This document shows positions 1 through 8,985 of a stretch of 64,000 nucleotides of DNA, one piece after another. The translations under genes were made by a program, and so were the position numbers. The first letter of the stretch is position 1. Each line of letters starts with the position of its first letter. Source of the stretch: an uncultured Verrucomicrobiae bacterium (lineage in GTDB: Bacteria > Verrucomicrobiota > Verrucomicrobiia > Chthoniobacterales > UBA10450); the NCBI GenBank assembly GCA_963758535.1, contig CAVWVT010000015.1:202472-266471 (forward strand), read 5' to 3'. The notes beneath the pieces are model-generated. The model searched no databases, was not told where the DNA came from, and saw nothing but the letters and a program-made list of their open reading frames with translations.

Positions 1-483
1 ATTGAAACGATCAACAAGCTCATGCGTGTGCAAAAGCAGCTCGTCCAGGAATATGGACGGGAGCCGAGTCCCGAAGAAGTGGCGGAGGAAATTTTGCTGC
101 CGGTTGATCGCGTGCGTGCGGTGCTGAAGATGGCGCAGCAGCCGATTTCGCTGCAATCGCCAGTGGGCGAGAGCGAGGAAACGAATTTCGGCGACTTCAT
201 CGAAGACAAAGGCGCGGAAAATCCGAGCGACATGACCGCCATCGTGTTGCTAAAGGAGAAAATTAAGGATGTGCTCGAGACGTTAACCGAGCGCGAGCGC
301 CAGGTTCTCGAACAACGTTTTGGTTTGGTGGATGGCTACAGTCGCACCCTTGAAGAAGTCGGCCGGCAATTTCGGGTGACGCGCGAACGAATTCGCCAGA
401 TCGAGGCGAAGGCATTGCGCAAGATGCGGCATCCGACGCGTATCCGGCAGCTCGAAGGTTTCCTCGAAGCGGCCGAAACGTAA
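1..483 (+). CDS. rpoD: RNA polymerase sigma-70 factor RpoD, C-terminal part (5' end outside window)
   Basis: Frame 1 is open from nt 1 ([14 protein letters not shown]...). It shows sigma-70 region 3/4 sequence (...[44 protein letters not shown]) and stops at 481-483. Confidence 0.9.
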   Translation: METINKLMRVQKQLVQEYGREPSPEEVAEEILLPVDRVRAVLKMAQQPISLQSPVGESEETNFGDFIEDKGAENPSDMTAIVLLKEKIKDVLETLTERERQVLEQRFGLVDGYSRTLEEVGRQFRVTRERIRQIEAKALRKMRHPTRIRQLEGFLEAAET

Positions 484-489
484 CAAAAA

Positions 490-526
490 TTGAGCTGACC
501 GTTTGTCGCGATCAGCTCAAAATTTT
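490..526. terminator. Possible bidirectional hairpin terminator between convergent genes
   Basis: 9-bp inverted repeat TTGAGCTGA (490-498) / TCAGCTCAA (512-520) followed by AATTTTG. The loop is long (13 nt) and the T tract weak. Confidence 0.4.
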
Positions 527-544
527 GTCGGTGAATTGCCGTTG

Positions 545-826
545 TTATCGGACCCGTCGGCCACGGTAAACTCTATGACCACGGTGCCAGTAATAAGGCC
601 GGCTGTGGTAACGATACCCAACTGAATAATACGGCCGATAATATCCGTAGGGATAATATCCCGGATATCCATAGGCGTAATAACCCGGGTAGCCACATCC
701 GCCGTAATAACCGAAGCCGATCGGGAAACCGATTCCAACCGAAACGAAGGTTCGCGCCTCCGTGCGCGGCGTTGCTGCGAAAGCAAATCCAACTGCCACC
801 AAAACGATCAGAAGAAGTTTTTTCAT
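545..826 (-). CDS. Small secreted Gly/Tyr/Pro-rich basic protein (93 aa), unknown function
   Basis: Signal peptide MKKLLLIVLVAVGFAFAA, then low-complexity GYYGGCGYPGYYAYGYPGYYPYGYYRPYY and a basic tail. AAGGAA lies upstream of the ATG. Confidence 0.55.
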   Translation of the reverse strand: MKKLLLIVLVAVGFAFAATPRTEARTFVSVGIGFPIGFGYYGGCGYPGYYAYGYPGYYPYGYYRPYYSVGYRYHSRPYYWHRGHRVYRGRRVR

Positions 827-893
827 TTTGTTCCAGTTCCTTTAGCTATGTTTACGTTTCTCCAATAATAAGTCTGACGCGATTTTTTTCAAT

Positions 894-1907
894 TTATTCA
901 GGCTCATCTTTCGCTCGATTAGCCGGATAACCGCTGATGCAAACGTCACTGCCGATCCGTTCGTAGCGCATTTTTTCCAAACGGAGAGCATCCCCGGTCG
1001 AGTCTGCGCCTTTGCCGGGAAACGCAACCGCAGGCCCGCCCGTGAGAAGTGGCGCTAAATAGATTTGCACCTTGTCGATCAAGCGCGCATCGAGCGCCTG
1101 CGAGAGGATTTGCCCACCGCCTTCAAGCAATACGCTGGTGATTTCTTTTTCTCCCAGCTCTTTCAGCACCGATTCCAATGTTTGATTGCGGAATATCAGC
1201 GTGCGATCGACGTGCCGATCGGTAAACAATTTCGCGTCGCGCGGCAGTTTTCCGGAACGAGTAAGAACTACGCGCCACGGTTGCCGCGTTGTCTTCGCGC
1301 CTCGAATTGTCAGGCGTGGATCGTCACGCCGCAATGTTTCGGCACCGATCAGGATTGCATCGACTTGCGCGCGAAGTGCATGTGCGTGCCGCCGCGATGC
1401 TGGACTGGTTAGCCATCTCGACTCGTTAGGCGGTCGCGTCAAACGTCCGTCGAGACTCATCCCGCACTTTGCGATGACAAAGGGCTCCCGCGTTTGAATC
1501 CACTTATTGAAACTCTCGTTAATCGCTGTGCATTCCTCGCGTAGCACACCGTCGCGCACCTGCACTCCCGCTTCCTGCAATTCCGTAATCCCCCGTCCCG
1601 CGTGTCGCGGATTTGGATCGGTGGCGCCGATTACAACTTGTTTAATTCCTGCAGCAACGATGGCTTCCGTGCATGGCGGCGTCCGACCGGCTGTCGAACA
1701 GGGCTCCAAAGTAACGTAAAGTTCAGCGTCCTTCGGCACCGCTCCATGAAGTTGTGCAAGGCATTCAATCTCCGCGTGGGGAAGACCAGCGCCCCGATGA
1801 TGACCGCGCGACACTATCTTTCCGTTCGCAACGAGAAGCGCTCCGACGGCTGGGTTGGGGCTGGTTTGTCCCAGGCCTTTCCTTGCTTCGGCCAACGCCG
1901 CGTGCAT
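894..1907 (-). CDS. ribD: Bifunctional riboflavin biosynthesis deaminase/reductase RibD
   Basis: Deaminase zinc motifs HAEIECL and PCSTAGRTPPC are followed by a RibD C-terminal reductase domain. 337 aa. Confidence 0.9.
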   Translation of the reverse strand: MHAALAEARKGLGQTSPNPAVGALLVANGKIVSRGHHRGAGLPHAEIECLAQLHGAVPKDAELYVTLEPCSTAGRTPPCTEAIVAAGIKQVVIGATDPNPRHAGRGITELQEAGVQVRDGVLREECTAINESFNKWIQTREPFVIAKCGMSLDGRLTRPPNESRWLTSPASRRHAHALRAQVDAILIGAETLRRDDPRLTIRGAKTTRQPWRVVLTRSGKLPRDAKLFTDRHVDRTLIFRNQTLESVLKELGEKEITSVLLEGGGQILSQALDARLIDKVQIYLAPLLTGGPAVAFPGKGADSTGDALRLEKMRYERIGSDVCISGYPANRAKDEPE

Positions 1908-2179
1908 AAAAAATTCCGGGCCACAGAGTACCGCTCATCGCACGAATATAATGTCGAATACGGCGAATTTACATCACGCCGTTTTGTCCCAATTCAAACT
2001 CCTTGTGATGATTAATTGTTGTGTCAAAATTTCACATTGCGTCGATGGAATCCTTTGCTTCCGAGTTTCTTTAAGCCTCAAATTTCCAAGCAATTACAAA
2101 CCGAAAGCAGCAGGATCTGAGGCGCGGCATTGCAGTCGCTTAAATATTTGCCAAACAATTTTAACACGAAAGGAAATCT

Positions 2180-2647
2180 ATGAGTTTAATTCGTTATCAA
2201 ACACCTACCATGGCGGCTTGGCCGTCGCTCGATCGCTGGGCTAATTTGCGAGACGAGATGAGCGACATCCTCGAGTTGCCATTTTGGTCGAACTTCGGTC
2301 GCCAGGCACAACTCTTTAACGGTTGGAGTCCCGCGCTCGATCTTTATCAGAACAACGACAATGTAGTCGCTGTTGTTGAACTTCCCGGTATGCGGAAGGA
2401 GGACATCGAAATCTCGCTTCACGATGGCACGCTGACTATCAGCGGCGAGCGTGAAAGCACCACGACGAATGGCGAGAACGCCGAACGCACGGAGCGTTTT
2501 TCCGGAAAATTCCGTCGCAGTATCACACTGCCGACGCGAGTCGACGCCGGGAAAGTGAGCGCGACTTACAAAGACGGGATTCTGACGGTGACACTTCCGA
2601 AAGCGGAGGAAGCCAAGCCGAAGCAAATCAAAGTTAACGTCAGCTAA
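2180..2647 (+). CDS. Hsp20/alpha-crystallin family small heat-shock protein
   Basis: Alpha-crystallin domain (PALDLYQNNDNVVAVVELPGMRKEDIEISL...GILTVTLPK). RBS AAAGGAAA upstream. Confidence 0.9.
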   Translation: MSLIRYQTPTMAAWPSLDRWANLRDEMSDILELPFWSNFGRQAQLFNGWSPALDLYQNNDNVVAVVELPGMRKEDIEISLHDGTLTISGERESTTTNGENAERTERFSGKFRRSITLPTRVDAGKVSATYKDGILTVTLPKAEEAKPKQIKVNVS

Positions 2648-2667
2648 TCCTAAGGAGGAAGAAAATT

Positions 2668-3039
2668 ATGAATACTTTAGTTCGTGATGATCGAAGCAAC
2701 GAGCGCGCGCAGCGCGAGCAGTTTGTCGCGCCTTCTGCGAGCGTGCTCGAGAACAACGATGGTTACACGTTGCAGGTGGAAATGCCGGGCGTGAACAAGG
2801 ATGGTCTTGAGATCTCGGTGGAAAATAACCAGCTCACGATTACGGGACGTCGTTCGATCCCGAACATCGACGGCACGGTTCTCCATCGTGAGTCACGCAC
2901 GGAAAATTTCCGGCGCACGTTCGAGTTGGATCCGTCGATCGATAGTGGAAAGATTAACGCAAAGATCGATCAGGGCGTGGTCACGCTACATCTGCCGAAG
3001 GCAGAACACGTGAAACCGCGCAAGATCACGGTTTCGTAA
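2668..3039 (+). CDS. Hsp20/alpha-crystallin family small heat-shock protein (second tandem copy)
   Basis: GYTLQVEMPGVNKDGLEISVENNQLTITGRR...GVVTLHLPK. RBS AGGAGG upstream. Confidence 0.9.
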   Translation: MNTLVRDDRSNERAQREQFVAPSASVLENNDGYTLQVEMPGVNKDGLEISVENNQLTITGRRSIPNIDGTVLHRESRTENFRRTFELDPSIDSGKINAKIDQGVVTLHLPKAEHVKPRKITVS

Positions 3040-3062
3040 TCGAAATCGAATTTTTGATCCGT

Positions 3063-3096
3063 GAGCCGCAGTCCGAAAGGGGCTGCGGCTCTTTTT
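3063..3096 (+). terminator. Rho-independent terminator after the hsp20 pair
   Basis: GAGCCGCAG (3063-3071) / CTGCGGCTC (3083-3091) stem followed by TTTTT. Confidence 0.75.
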
Positions 3097-3212
3097 GCGC
3101 GCGCAAGACGACATCTTCGATAACCTTTTTTGAGTTGTAGCGGAAAAAAGCGAATTGCCAAAAGCCGTTCGTTAGGATTGAATCGCGCAGTCAACCCTGA
3201 GGAACAATCCAA

Positions 3213-4871
3213 ATGAAAATCGCGAAAATCACGTCCCTTCTGTTGGTGCTAGCCGCGTCTACGACACTCGCCCGCAGCCCGTTCGATGTTCCTTTTAAAC
3301 TTTCCGATTTGCCGCGACCGACGACCACTGCCGCGCCATCCGGTGCGCCGGCGGTTTATCCTTTCGAGTTTCGAACGATCGATGGCTCCGGCAATAATCC
3401 CATTGATCCACTTCGCGGCGCCGCAGGCACGCCGCTCCTTCGTCTGATGGCTCCCGATTACGCCGACGGCGTGGGTGCGCCGGCGGGCGTTGGTCAGAAA
3501 AGCGCGCGAGAGATCAGCAACCTGGTCGTCGCGCAAGAACATGACGTCCCGAGTCCCGCGCATACGTCCGATTATCTCTGGCAGTGGGGACAGTTCATTG
3601 ATCACGACATGGACCTGACACCGGCCGCGAGCCCCCTCGAGCTTTTCAATATTCCAGTGCCAATTGGCGATCCGCAGTTCGACCCGCTCGGCACCGGTAC
3701 GCAAACCATCGAGCTCGACCGTTCGCTCTATCAGATGATCGATGGCGTTCGCCAGCAGATGAATGCCGACACGGCGTTCATCGACGCGTCGCAGGTTTAC
3801 GGCTCGGATGTAGCCCGCGCCATGGAACTGCGCACGCTGGATGGCACCGGCCGTTTGAAAACAAGTGCGGGCAATTTGCTGCCCTACAACGTGAACGGTT
3901 TCCCCAACGCACCTTCCACCGATCCGAGCTACTTCCTCGCCGGAGATGTGCGGGCTAACGAACAAGTAGGCCTGACTGCGATTCAGACTCTTTTCGTGCG
4001 CGAACATAATTACTGGGCCGGCGTGATCGCGCAGAGCCTGCGGGCCCCCGATGAAGACACCATCTATCATCGTGCCCGTGCCATGGTCGGAGCCGAGATG
4101 CAGATCGTCACCTATCGGGAATTTCTTCCGCTCTTGCTGGGTCCGAATGCGCTTCCGCCTTACACTGGCTATCAGCCGACGGTTAATCCTGGAATCTCCA
4201 ACGTTTTCTCCACCGCAGCGTATCGCGTGGGGCACACCATGCTTTCACCAACGCTCCGCCGGCTTGATGCGAATTTCGTATCGATCGGCGACCTCAGTCT
4301 CGCGTCATCATTTTTCAATCCAATCGAGATAAGCGTTCCCGGCATTGAGCCGTATCTTCGCGGTCTGGCGAAGCAAGTCGATCAGGAGGTGGATTGCTAC
4401 CTCGTGGATGGCGTGCGCAATTTCCTCTTCGGTCCTCCCGGCGCGGGTGGATTCGATCTCGCCTCTTTGAATATTCAACGTGGGCGAGATCATGGTCTGC
4501 CTCGTTATAACGTCGCGCGTCAAGGTTTTGGTCTCGCGCCGAAGGCGACCTTTGCAGACGTAACATCCGATCTCGAACTGCAAGCCAAGCTCGCCGCTGC
4601 TTATGCTTCGCCGGACGACATGGATGTCTGGGTCGGCGGACTGGCCGAGGATCATGTGAACGGCGGCCTTGTCGGCGAATTTTTCTTTACCGTTTTGCGC
4701 GATCAATTTACCCGCCTGCGCGATGGCGATCGCTTTTGGTATCAGACGTATCTTCCGCCGGGTCTCGTGCAGAAGCTGGAGAGCCAAACTTTGAGTGATA
4801 TTGTGAAGCGCAACACACCGATCGGTCGCGGGCTGCGACCCGACGTCTTCACCTATACCGAGACTCGGTAG
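3213..4871 (+). CDS. Secreted animal-type haem peroxidase family protein
   Basis: Signal peptide, then [38 protein letters not shown] and [21 protein letters not shown], typical of the An_peroxidase family. 552 aa, intact. Confidence 0.85.
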   Translation: MKIAKITSLLLVLAASTTLARSPFDVPFKLSDLPRPTTTAAPSGAPAVYPFEFRTIDGSGNNPIDPLRGAAGTPLLRLMAPDYADGVGAPAGVGQKSAREISNLVVAQEHDVPSPAHTSDYLWQWGQFIDHDMDLTPAASPLELFNIPVPIGDPQFDPLGTGTQTIELDRSLYQMIDGVRQQMNADTAFIDASQVYGSDVARAMELRTLDGTGRLKTSAGNLLPYNVNGFPNAPSTDPSYFLAGDVRANEQVGLTAIQTLFVREHNYWAGVIAQSLRAPDEDTIYHRARAMVGAEMQIVTYREFLPLLLGPNALPPYTGYQPTVNPGISNVFSTAAYRVGHTMLSPTLRRLDANFVSIGDLSLASSFFNPIEISVPGIEPYLRGLAKQVDQEVDCYLVDGVRNFLFGPPGAGGFDLASLNIQRGRDHGLPRYNVARQGFGLAPKATFADVTSDLELQAKLAAAYASPDDMDVWVGGLAEDHVNGGLVGEFFFTVLRDQFTRLRDGDRFWYQTYLPPGLVQKLESQTLSDIVKRNTPIGRGLRPDVFTYTETR

Positions 4872-4944
4872 ACAATCACTCGTATCAGTTCGTTACTTTT
4901 CTGCTTGGCGCGGCGAGCGGGCCGACGTACCTAAGGAGCGCATT

Positions 4945-5982
4945 ATGGCCTCCAAAACAGAAGAAAAACCTGCCGTCGATAAAGTCACGGCTGCGCGAAA
5001 TAAAAATCTCGATCTCGCCATTCAGCAGATCGCCAAGGATTATGGCGACGGCGCGATCATGCGACTCGGCGACGATCAGATCGTCGACATCGATGTCATC
5101 CCCACCGGAAATATTTTGATCGATCGTGCGCTCGGCGTCGGCGGTTTTCCGCGCGGCCGGGTCGTTGAAGTTTTCGGACCGGAATCTTCCGGTAAAACGA
5201 CGCTGACTCTGACCGTGATCGCGCAGGCGCAAAAACGCGGTGGTCTCGCTGCGTTCATCGATGTCGAGCACGCGCTCGATCCGCAGTATGCGCGGAGACT
5301 CGGCGTGAATCTCGACGATCTACTCGTCTCGCAACCAAATTCCGGCGAAGAAGCGCTCCGTATTTGCGAGACGCTCGTTCGCTCAAACGCACTCGATGTC
5401 ATCGTCATCGATTCGGTCGCCGCGCTCGTGACGAAGGCGGAACTCGAAGGCGAAATCGGTGACGTTACGGTCGGCGCGCAGGCACGATTGATGAGTGCTG
5501 CCTTGCGCAAACTTACCTCGCTCATTTCCAAAGCACGCACGTGTTGCGTTTTCACGAACCAGATCCGCGAAAAAATCGGCGTGATGTTTGGTAATCCCGA
5601 AACAACTCCGGGTGGTAAGGCGCTGAAATTTTACGCTAGCGTGCGCGTGGACATTCGTCGCATCGGCGCGATCAAGCAGACCGATGGCGTCGTCACCGGA
5701 AATCGCACGCGCGTAAAAATCGTGAAGAACAAGGTCGCGCCGCCATTCACCGAAGCCGAATTCGACATCATGTATAACGAGGGAATTTCTTCGACGGGTG
5801 CATTGCTCGATCTCGCGCTCGAACAACAAATCGTCGAGAAACGCGGTTCGTGGTTGAATTACAAGGGGACGCAACTGGCGCAGGGTCGCGACGCCGCGAA
5901 AGAGGCGTTGAAGAATGATCCCGCTCTCTACGAAGAGATCGAGACCGCAGTCAAAGCCAAGCTCGAGGAAGATAAAAGTTAA
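4945..5982 (+). CDS. recA: Recombinase RecA
   Basis: Walker [13 protein letters not shown] and the full-length RecA pattern ([23 protein letters not shown]). 345 aa. Confidence 0.97.
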   Translation: MASKTEEKPAVDKVTAARNKNLDLAIQQIAKDYGDGAIMRLGDDQIVDIDVIPTGNILIDRALGVGGFPRGRVVEVFGPESSGKTTLTLTVIAQAQKRGGLAAFIDVEHALDPQYARRLGVNLDDLLVSQPNSGEEALRICETLVRSNALDVIVIDSVAALVTKAELEGEIGDVTVGAQARLMSAALRKLTSLISKARTCCVFTNQIREKIGVMFGNPETTPGGKALKFYASVRVDIRRIGAIKQTDGVVTGNRTRVKIVKNKVAPPFTEAEFDIMYNEGISSTGALLDLALEQQIVEKRGSWLNYKGTQLAQGRDAAKEALKNDPALYEEIETAVKAKLEEDKS

Positions 5983-6513
5983 GGCAACGCCGCTGTTCGG
6001 TTGCGGCGAAACGTCTTCACCAAATTTCTTTCCGAGCGCCGTGAGATATTTTTCGATCGTGCCGCTTTGTCCAAAGACGAAGCGCGACATGAATCTGAAA
6101 AGTATGTTTGAAACTTCACCTGCTTCGGTGATTTGAACGCGGGTGCCGTCTGCGTCTTTCGCGAAAACGTAGGTCCAAGTCCCCGAATAGCCGAGATCCA
6201 GATCGGCGATGCGAGTAACGATTCTCTTACCCGGCTGGTCTTCAACCAGATCGTACGTAGTCGCGCCATGCTTCGTGTGTTCGCGAAACTGAACGTGATT
6301 GTCCGCCGTAGCGATCATCTCCACGCGCTCCAGATCGGCGCGCCAACTCGGCGCTGTCTTAAAATCCCGAACGGTCTGGTAAATTTCATCCGGCGATCGA
6401 TGAAGGATTATTTCGCGGGATACGACATGCTTTCTCGGCAGCGCTGCGCCAATAAGGAGAATTACTGCGACGATTGCGAAAACGAAAACTGCTGCGATGA
6501 GGACCAGTTTCAT
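5979..6513 (-). CDS. SRPBCC (START/polyketide-cyclase-like) family protein with N-terminal TM helix; 3' end uncertain
   Basis: [22 protein letters not shown]...[26 protein letters not shown]... The frame has no stop and runs on antisense through recA to 5383. The real end is presumably near 5979-6000. Confidence 0.55.
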
Positions 6514-6956
6514 CCTGGTTGTTTCATTTGCCGTGCTGCCCGCGCGAGAAGTTGAAGCCCTCGCAGGGCGGCCCCGCGTTCTTGAGCATTGAGGCGCTTC
6601 AATAATTCTCGGACGCGATCCTTATCCAAGACCGATGTAGACGCAGTGGCTTCCGCGCCCCGAGCTGTCAGACGCAACTCCCGTTGTCGCCTGTCCGAAC
6701 ACGATGGTTTACTCGTCAGGTAACCGAGACGACTGAGCCGCGAAATAGCAGCGGAAAGGGTGGACGCTGCCACACCGAGATGGGCCGCCAGCGCACGGGG
6801 ACTTATTGGATTCTCGAGGTCGAGATGGACGAGGATGGAGGCATCGTGAGATGAAAGGTCCCACGCAGTAGATGCGGCGCGCACATGATCGACGTGGCAC
6901 GCGATGTAAATTTGCGGGAAGAGCCGCTGGACTTCAAAAATAGCTTCAGGGCGCAT
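6510..6956 (-). CDS. MarR family transcriptional regulator
   Basis: Winged-helix MarR pattern (ISPRALAAHLGVAASTLSAAISRLSRLGYLT...DRRQRELRLTARG). Its stop overlaps the SRPBCC start (ATGA), implying an operon. Confidence 0.85.
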   Translation of the reverse strand: MRPEAIFEVQRLFPQIYIACHVDHVRAASTAWDLSSHDASILVHLDLENPISPRALAAHLGVAASTLSAAISRLSRLGYLTSKPSCSDRRQRELRLTARGAEATASTSVLDKDRVRELLKRLNAQERGAALRGLQLLARAARQMKQPG

Positions 6957-7935
6957 ACGCTCATCGTCGAAGCCGAAAATCGTTCGTCAACCCGAACGGT
7001 TGTTTGCCGGCCAACATTTCCATTTGGAGATTTTCTCTGGCTCCATCACTGTGACCTGCAATGACCTCGGCCCAAATTCGGCAATCCTTTCTCGATTTCT
7101 TCCGCGAGAAACAGCACACCATCGTGCCCTCGTCATCGCTCCTGCCGGACGCGCCGAATTTGCTCTTCACCAATGCCGGCATGAACCAATTCGTGCCGAT
7201 CTTCCTCGGTCAGCAAAAACCTTCGTGGAATCCGCCGCGCGTGGCCGACACGCAGAAATGCATTCGCGCCGGTGGCAAACACAACGATCTCGAAGACGTC
7301 GGCCTCGACACCTATCACCACACATTTTTCGAAATGCTCGGCAACTGGAGCTTCGGCGATTATTTCAAAAAAGAAGCGATCGAATGGGCGTGGGAATTGG
7401 TCGTTAGGCGCTGGGGTCTTCCGCCGCAGCGCCTTTACGCCACCGTTTACAAACCCGGGCCTGACGAGCCGAGCGAGTTTGATCAGGAAGCGCACGATCA
7501 CTGGGCACGCTTGTTTCGCGAAGCCGATCTCGACCCCGCGATCCACATCGTTAACGGAAACAAGAAGGATAATTTCTGGATGATGGGCGACACCGGCCCA
7601 TGCGGTCCCTGTTCCGAACTGCACGTCGATCTTACGCCGGATGGCGACACGCGCGGTGCGCTCGTGAATCAGGACGATCCGCGCTGCATCGAGATTTGGA
7701 ATCTGGTTTTCATTCAGTTCAACGCCGACGCCGATGGCAATTTTACGCCGCTGCCGCAGCGACATGTCGATACCGGGATGGGATTTCGAGCGCGCGGTTG
7801 CGATTATTCAGGGAACAAAAAACTTCACTGATTTTTCCGGCACCATCTCAAACTACGAGACCGACGTTTTCCGCCCAATCTTCGATGAGATCGAAAAACT
7901 CAGCGGGAAGAAATACGGATCGACATTGCCAAAGT

Positions 7936-8038
7936 GGAGGACAGGCTTCCAGCCTGTCTCGGCCGGCAGGCTTCCAGCCTGTCGAAAAAGGACGGGCAAG
8001 ATGCCCATCTGCCGGGACAGGCAGGATGTCTAACCTCC
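7936..8038. repeat. Cluster of four short GC-rich hairpins (unit GACAGGCT-TCC-AGCCTGTC) inserted inside alaS
   Basis: Bounded by GGAGG...CCTCC. Perfect 8-bp stem with 3-nt loop at 7940-7958, a second at 7965-7983, and two degenerate copies. Same unit type as 27904-28016. Confidence 0.75.
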
Positions 8039-8377
8039 GAACAGGAGAAAATCGACATCGCATTCCGTGTGATTGCGGATCACATCCGCACGCTAACGTT
8101 TGCAATCGCCGACGGAATCATTCCGTCGAACGAAGGCCGCGGTTATGTCTTGCGCCGGATTCTTCGTCGCGCCGTGCGCTACGGGCGGACGCTTGGATTT
8201 CACGAACCATTTTTCTTCAAACTGGTGGATGTGGTTGCGCTCACGCTTGGTGAAGTCTTTCCCGAAGTCCGGAATAATCAGTCCCGCGTTAAAGAGACGA
8301 TCGCGCGCGAAGAAGACTCTTTCAATAGAACGCTGGACAAAGGCATTGATTTGTTCGAACGCGAGGTCGGGCGCATT

Positions 8378-8985
8378 CTGGGGAGCGCACGCGACTCGCG
8401 TGCCGTTTCCGGCGACTCGCCGGAAACCTCTTCGCTCGCAGCGCAAATAAAGTACGCCAAGCGCCGACTTCCACATTTCGAACGTCCATGGGGCAAATAC
8501 GCCGTCGCCTTTAGCACACACGGGCGACAGCAACTCTCCGAAGAGGAGCGTGATATTGTCCTCGAGTGCATTCTTTTTCCGGCGAAACAAAATCATTTCG
8601 AGCTCTATGTCGCCTGCGTAATGCCGGATCATGTGCATCTGCTTCTTGAGCCGCAAGTCCGCGAACAGGATGCCAAAGGCGATCCGGTTTTTTATTCGCT
8701 GACCGAAATATTACAGAATATCAAATCGGTTTCCGCGCATCGGATCAACAAGAGTCGGAGCGCGAGTGGGCCCGTCTGGGAAAAAGAATCGTTTGACCGT
8801 TTGATTCGATCGGAGAGCGATCTGCAGGAAAAATATCTCTATATCGCGGGCAATCCGTGGGCGGCGGGAGTCGCGGCTCCCGGGAGTGATTATCGATGGT
8901 TGTGGACGTGGGATGTGGAGATTGGGATGAAGAAGGCGTCCGGCGAGTCGCCGGACGCGGCACGCGAGTCGCGTGCGCTCCCCAG
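8378..8985 (+). mobile_element. REPtron-like unit: RAYT (REP-associated Y1 transposase) flanked by inverted REP hairpin doublets, embedded in alaS
   Basis: Terminal inverted repeats at 8378-8427 and 8938-8985 (CTGGGGAGC + GCACGCG-nnn-CGCGTGC + GTTTCCGGCG-nnn-CGCCGGAAAC). The outer ~27 nt are identical. An HUH/Y1 transposase coding region lies between them. Confidence 0.8.
8453..8905 (+). CDS. REP-associated tyrosine transposase (IS200-like Y1/HUH) domain, no start or stop of its own, in frame with alaS
   Basis: [25 protein letters not shown]..., HUH motif [11 protein letters not shown], catalytic-Tyr helix [15 protein letters not shown]. Part of the continuous ORF 7934..9181. Confidence 0.75.

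Noticed and set aside
3249-4235. Long ORFs lie antisense to or overlapping clear genes (e.g. 3249..4235-, 5076..5555-, 7133..7765-, 9381..10400-, 10304..11233-, 38389..39234-, 59553..60521+, 29890..30657-).
   Set aside because: These are shadow ORFs typical of GC-rich DNA. Their products are Arg/Ala/Gly/His-rich low-complexity sequences with no family resemblance, and each fully overlaps a well-supported gene.
4872-4944. I looked for a LexA/SOS box upstream of recA.
   Set aside because: No convincing palindrome of the TGTTC-N4-GAACA or CTGT-N8-ACAG types is present. Only a half-site-like GTTC appears.
6957-7060. The CAACC-N5-GGTTG dyad in the marR/alaS divergent region could be a MarR operator.
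   Set aside because: The arms are only 5 bp. This is too weak to call without comparative or experimental support.
7936-8038. The hairpin clusters (also 20129-20244, 27904-28016, 32256-32382, 55447-55550) could be CRISPR arrays.
   Set aside because: The units are palindromic hairpins of ~19-23 nt placed back to back or inverted. They lack regularly spaced identical direct repeats separated by unique ~30-nt spacers, and there are no cas genes.
8378-8985. The in-frame insertion in alaS could be an intein.
   Set aside because: There are no intein hallmarks: no Cys/Ser/Thr at the N-junction, no His-Asn plus Cys/Ser/Thr at the C-junction, and no Hint blocks. The insert instead has HUH and Tyr transposase motifs and terminal inverted REP hairpins.
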